47,770 bases of DNA from Conexivisphaerales archaeon. Its GTDB lineage: Archaea; Thermoproteota; Nitrososphaeria; Conexivisphaerales; DTJL01. Positions 44,333 to 47,770 of this stretch are shown here, in pieces. The position numbers and the translations under genes were made by a program. The notes beneath the pieces were generated by a model, which searched no databases, was not told where the DNA came from, and saw nothing but the letters and a program-made list of their open reading frames with translations. Each line of letters opens with the position of its first letter. The stretch's first letter is position 1. The DNA lies in assembly GCA_049509455.1 (NCBI GenBank), contig JBEKZX010000008.1, positions 1 to 47,770 on the forward strand, given 5' to 3'.

Positions 44333-44451
44333 GGGCGAATCGTCGAATGGCGTTTTTCATAAAGGTTTGTGCCGCAGCGCTCGAGAGAAGACTTAAAGAT
44401 GCCCCGAATGGAACGTGTCTTCAGCCAGACGAGGCGGGGTGGAGACACTTA

Positions 44452-45675
44452 TTGAACGACCTTTCTGACAGGATATTCTGGGTGGCGAAGGATGAGGAGG
44501 TCAAAGGTGGAGAGGTTACCGACTACTACTTCCTCAACACTGAACAGGCCCTCAAGATGAAGGATATGAACCCCATGGTCACCATGGAGGTCTACACTAG
44601 GCATCTCCCATATGACAGCGGATGGGGCGTCGTCACAGGCATTTACGAAGTGGCGAAGCTCTTGGAAGGCCTCCCCGTGGACGTGGACGCCATGGAGGAG
44701 GGGGAGATCTTCGTCACGTCGAAGGAGACAGCCGCCTACGAGCCCGTCCTCAGGATCCGGGGGAGGTACAGGTACTTTGCCAGGTTCGAGACGCCCATCC
44801 TGGGCTTCCTCTGCAGCAGCAGCGGCTTCTCGACGAAAGCGGCCAGGATAAAGCTGCTGGCAGGCGATCGCAACCTCCTGAGCTTCGGCACGAGGAGGGC
44901 ACACCCGGCGCTGGCGCCTCTTATCGAGAGGGCCGCCTACATGGCGGGGTTCGACGGAGTTTCGAACACCATCGGTGCTCGGCTCCTAGGCATTGGCGCG
45001 TCGGGAACAATGCCACACTCCTTCGTCCTTTGCTTCGACAAGCAGGAGGACGCCTGGAGGGCCTTCGACGAAGCTCTACCTGATGGAGTGCCGCGCATCG
45101 CTCTCGCCGACACCCTCTTTGACGAGAAGACGGAGGCCATCCTCGCTTGGAAGACCTTGGGAAGCAGGCTAGCCGCCGTGCGGCTGGACACGCCGTCCAC
45201 CCGTCGCGGGGAGTGGCGGAAGATCATCGAGGAGGTAAGGTGGGAGCTGAACGTCCGCGGAGGAAGGAAGGTCAAGATATTCGTTTCGGGAGGCATCGAT
45301 GAAAAGGAGGTCCGCGAGCTCCGGGACGTCGTCGACGGATTCGGCGTGGGCACCAGCGTCGCCTGCGCCCCCTCAATCGACTTCAACATGAAGCTGGTGG
45401 AGATTCAGGACGCCGAAGGGAAGTTCGTTCCAAAGGCGAAGAGAGGCGACCTGGCGGGGGCCAAGGACGTCCACAGGGATCTCTCTACCATGGAGGATTC
45501 CCTCGTCAGGGCAGGGAAGCGCCCAGCTAAGGGGAAGGTCTCGATTCTCGCCCCGCTGATAAGGGACGGCAGGATTGTGAAGAGGTTCTGCACGGTCGAA
45601 GAGCTCAGAGAGAACCTCGCCCGGAGGTTACGCTCCGTCAAGGCCCATGAGCCCAGGGTGGCCCTGCAGTTCTGA
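44452..45675 (+). CDS. pncB: Nicotinate phosphoribosyltransferase (archaeal type)
   Basis: TDYYF, FETPILG, SFGTRRAHP, GTMPHS, VRLDTPS, SGGIDE, FGVGT; TTG 44452 preferred over ATG 44347. Confidence 0.92.
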   Translation: MNDLSDRIFWVAKDEEVKGGEVTDYYFLNTEQALKMKDMNPMVTMEVYTRHLPYDSGWGVVTGIYEVAKLLEGLPVDVDAMEEGEIFVTSKETAAYEPVLRIRGRYRYFARFETPILGFLCSSSGFSTKAARIKLLAGDRNLLSFGTRRAHPALAPLIERAAYMAGFDGVSNTIGARLLGIGASGTMPHSFVLCFDKQEDAWRAFDEALPDGVPRIALADTLFDEKTEAILAWKTLGSRLAAVRLDTPSTRRGEWRKIIEEVRWELNVRGGRKVKIFVSGGIDEKEVRELRDVVDGFGVGTSVACAPSIDFNMKLVEIQDAEGKFVPKAKRGDLAGAKDVHRDLSTMEDSLVRAGKRPAKGKVSILAPLIRDGRIVKRFCTVEELRENLARRLRSVKAHEPRVALQF

Positions 45676-47770
45676 CAAAACGAGACTCGAAGTAGAATAT
45701 CGCGACGGCGACGGAGACCACCATCCCCGAGAATATCGCGACCCACAGCGGGATGAAGGACGGGAATTCGTCCAGGACCGAGGCTCCGCCGGAACCGAAG
45801 CCAGAGGCGGACACCACGATGAGGAGACCCAGCTGGAACCCGCTATTGACCGGCACCGAGACCGTCACATCGTAGAAGCCCGCGAGGTCGGGAACGAGGG
45901 TGAAGTTGTGCGTAGAAGAGATGGTCCCCCGCAGCAGCGAGCCATCGGGCCTGACGATCGTGATGCTAGCATCGTCGGAGCCTTGGTAGGAGGAGAAGAT
46001 CTGACCAGTGGCGGCGTCATACCCGACCCATATGAAGCCTACGATTAGGCGCACGGGCAGAGTATAGCTGGAGCCTCCCCAGTCAAACGTCACGAAGTCC
46101 TCGGTCTGGCCCAGGGAAGATGCAGCGGCCGCCGTGACCGTAACCGAGCTGGTGCCGTTGACTGAGCTGGTGGCGGAGAAGCTCAGCGGGTAGCTTCCGG
46201 AGTATGACATGGCCAATGAGGCTCCGCTCTGGAAGGCTGTCACCTCGATGGATTGTGAGTAATTATGCCCGACGGAGGGGTAAAGCATAACGTAGTGGAG
46301 GTCCAAGAAGAATGGGAGAGCCAAGGTCCGGCTGACGTTAAGGAACCCTGCACCCTGCTCCTCCTCGGAGAACGGGCCGAAATATCCTTGGCCCACGGTG
46401 GCCCCCAGCGAAATCATAGAGAAGGCCTGCTCGGGCGTCAGGCTCGGATGGAGCTGGGCCAGCAGCGCCAAGGTTCCCGCCACCTGCGGAGCGGAGAAGC
46501 TGCTGCCAGATCCTTCCACATAGGCGCTTGTCCCCAGAAGTGGCGCCACAACGTTGTCGCCGGGGGCTAGGACCTCGGGTTTGATCGTGAAATCGTCGGC
46601 GGGACCGACCGAGGAAAAGGACGTCGGGTAGAGCTCCGTGGTCGGATTGAAAACAGCCAGGGAGATGTTGGTGCCATCGCCGGCAGACTGCGCGACGGAG
46701 GTGCCCTCCGCGCCCGAGACGGCGACGACAGGTATCCTAGGCTTGTAGGATGTATCATTGGACGCCAGAGCGGGGCCCCCATCGGTGCCGTTCGCTGTGA
46801 AGCTGAGAGGCGAGTCGTTTACCACAATGAGGGCGATGGCCCCGGCATTGGCCGCGTCCTGCTCCATCGTAGAGAAATACGTCTGGTGATCGCGGATCGA
46901 GACGGCGATGCGACCCGTGAGGTTGAGCCCCGCCACTTGGCTAGGCTTGCCGTTGCCAATGAAGGTGGTGAACCCCGTGAGGACACCGACCGAGAGTGGC
47001 GTGTCGTTCATGGCCATCGGCGTCGTGAGAACGGTCCCCCCGATCTCGACTTCGGCCTGGGGCGTCGTCGTCGCCAAGCTGACCGACGCACCCACGCTCA
47101 TGTAGTAGGTGAAGTCCCCGGGCGCTTCGGTGCTGGCAGGGTCCGGACCATCATTCCCTATGGCAGCAACGAGCTCTATTCCTTGTGAATACAATAGCTG
47201 GCTCAGGGAGTCGAGAGCGTTTGAAGTAAGGCTCCCTCCTAGGCTGAGGTTCACCACCCTCGCGCCGTCCTGGGCGGCCCGGTCCAACGCCTCGATGATG
47301 AGGTCGCTCGTGGTCTCGCCGTTGGAGACCACCTTGTAAACCAGGAGCTGGGCGCCGGGAGCAACGCCTTCGAACGTGGACGAGTTCCCGGCTATAATGC
47401 CGGCCACGGCCGTTCCGTGGCCGTCGGTGTCCATGATATCGGTGTTGTCATCGACGAAGTTGTATCCACCCACCACCTTGACGCCCATACTGCCGCCGAG
47501 AGCAGGAACGGTGTAGTCCACACCAGTGTCTATGATGGCCACCTTGACACCAGCGCCGGTGACGTTGCCGCCGGGGAAGTAGTCGTAGCCACTGATGGCC
47601 GCGGAGGTCAGAAGTGAGTCGGTGCCCAGAGTGACGTTCTCCGAAGGCAAGAAAAGCTCCGGACGGATGAGTTCATTCACCCTCGAAGCCACGTCGTCAG
47701 AGGCCTCGAACACCCCGCCCACCCCTAAGGCGCTGAAATAGCGGAGGACCTTGACCTGGACGCCCGATTC
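45638..47770 (-). CDS. S8 subtilase with PA domain and C-terminal membrane anchor, 5' end beyond window
   Basis: Triad IIDTGVDY / DGHGTAVAGII / GSSFSAPQVAG, oxyanion AIGNDG, PA-like GRIAVSIRD...AGAIALIV; frame is open to base 47770. Confidence 0.9.
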   Translation of the reverse strand, partial: ESGVQVKVLRYFSALGVGGVFEASDDVASRVNELIRPELFLPSENVTLGTDSLLTSAAISGYDYFPGGNVTGAGVKVAIIDTGVDYTVPALGGSMGVKVVGGYNFVDDNTDIMDTDGHGTAVAGIIAGNSSTFEGVAPGAQLLVYKVVSNGETTSDLIIEALDRAAQDGARVVNLSLGGSLTSNALDSLSQLLYSQGIELVAAIGNDGPDPASTEAPGDFTYYMSVGASVSLATTTPQAEVEIGGTVLTTPMAMNDTPLSVGVLTGFTTFIGNGKPSQVAGLNLTGRIAVSIRDHQTYFSTMEQDAANAGAIALIVVNDSPLSFTANGTDGGPALASNDTSYKPRIPVVAVSGAEGTSVAQSAGDGTNISLAVFNPTTELYPTSFSSVGPADDFTIKPEVLAPGDNVVAPLLGTSAYVEGSGSSFSAPQVAGTLALLAQLHPSLTPEQAFSMISLGATVGQGYFGPFSEEEQGAGFLNVSRTLALPFFLDLHYVMLYPSVGHNYSQSIEVTAFQSGASLAMSYSGSYPLSFSATSSVNGTSSVTVTAAAASSLGQTEDFVTFDWGGSSYTLPVRLIVGFIWVGYDAATGQIFSSYQGSDDASITIVRPDGSLLRGTISSTHNFTLVPDLAGFYDVTVSVPVNSGFQLGLLIVVSASGFGSGGASVLDEFPSFIPLWVAIFSGMVVSVAVAIFYFESRFVRTAGPPWAHGP

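Noticed and set aside
22945-44451. Long N-terminal extensions in the track for moeA, purA, purB, pncB and the ArsR fusion
   Set aside because: The extensions precede family-typical N-termini and span TATA boxes; downstream starts fit better.
98-47617. Numerous overlapping ORFs in the track (e.g. 1017..1379, 3835..4257, 27426..28634, 32133..32690, 39684..40067)
   Set aside because: They are antisense or alternate-frame shadows of well-supported genes, with biased composition.

Overview
A 47.8 kb, GC-rich (by eye upper-50s %) stretch of archaeal chromosome. Gene content (PINA ATPase, arcadin-1-like protein, protein disulfide oxidoreductase, TATA-box promoters, box C/D-like RNAs, Sua5) suggests a TACK archaeon, most likely a deep-branching Nitrososphaerota (inference). 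It is mostly housekeeping and metabolic DNA: a partial thyX, heme O synthase, a Liv-type ABC transporter split around a divergent promoter, a xanthine-dehydrogenase-family molybdoenzyme with Moco genes (mocA, MoaD, moeA, xdhC), tdh/kbl, purA/purB, dcd, nadE/pncB and a membrane-anchored subtilase. I found no CRISPR array, tRNA, rRNA, integrase or transposase. The most unusual signal is a small module present twice, 14 kb apart and in opposite orientations. Each copy is a C-x2-C...H-x11-C zinc-finger mini-gene (about 55% identical core) preceded by an identical 16-bp element (TTAGGTGTTGAGCGCG) that forms the 5' arm of a stem-loop. Copy 1 sits among four oriented GTGCTTCCTAGT sites. Other points: a well-formed C/D box guide RNA with a plausible 16S target, probable non-canonical starts (CTG, ACG), an asparaginase interrupted by one in-frame TAG, and a PDO-DsrE ORF with a frame-scrambled middle.
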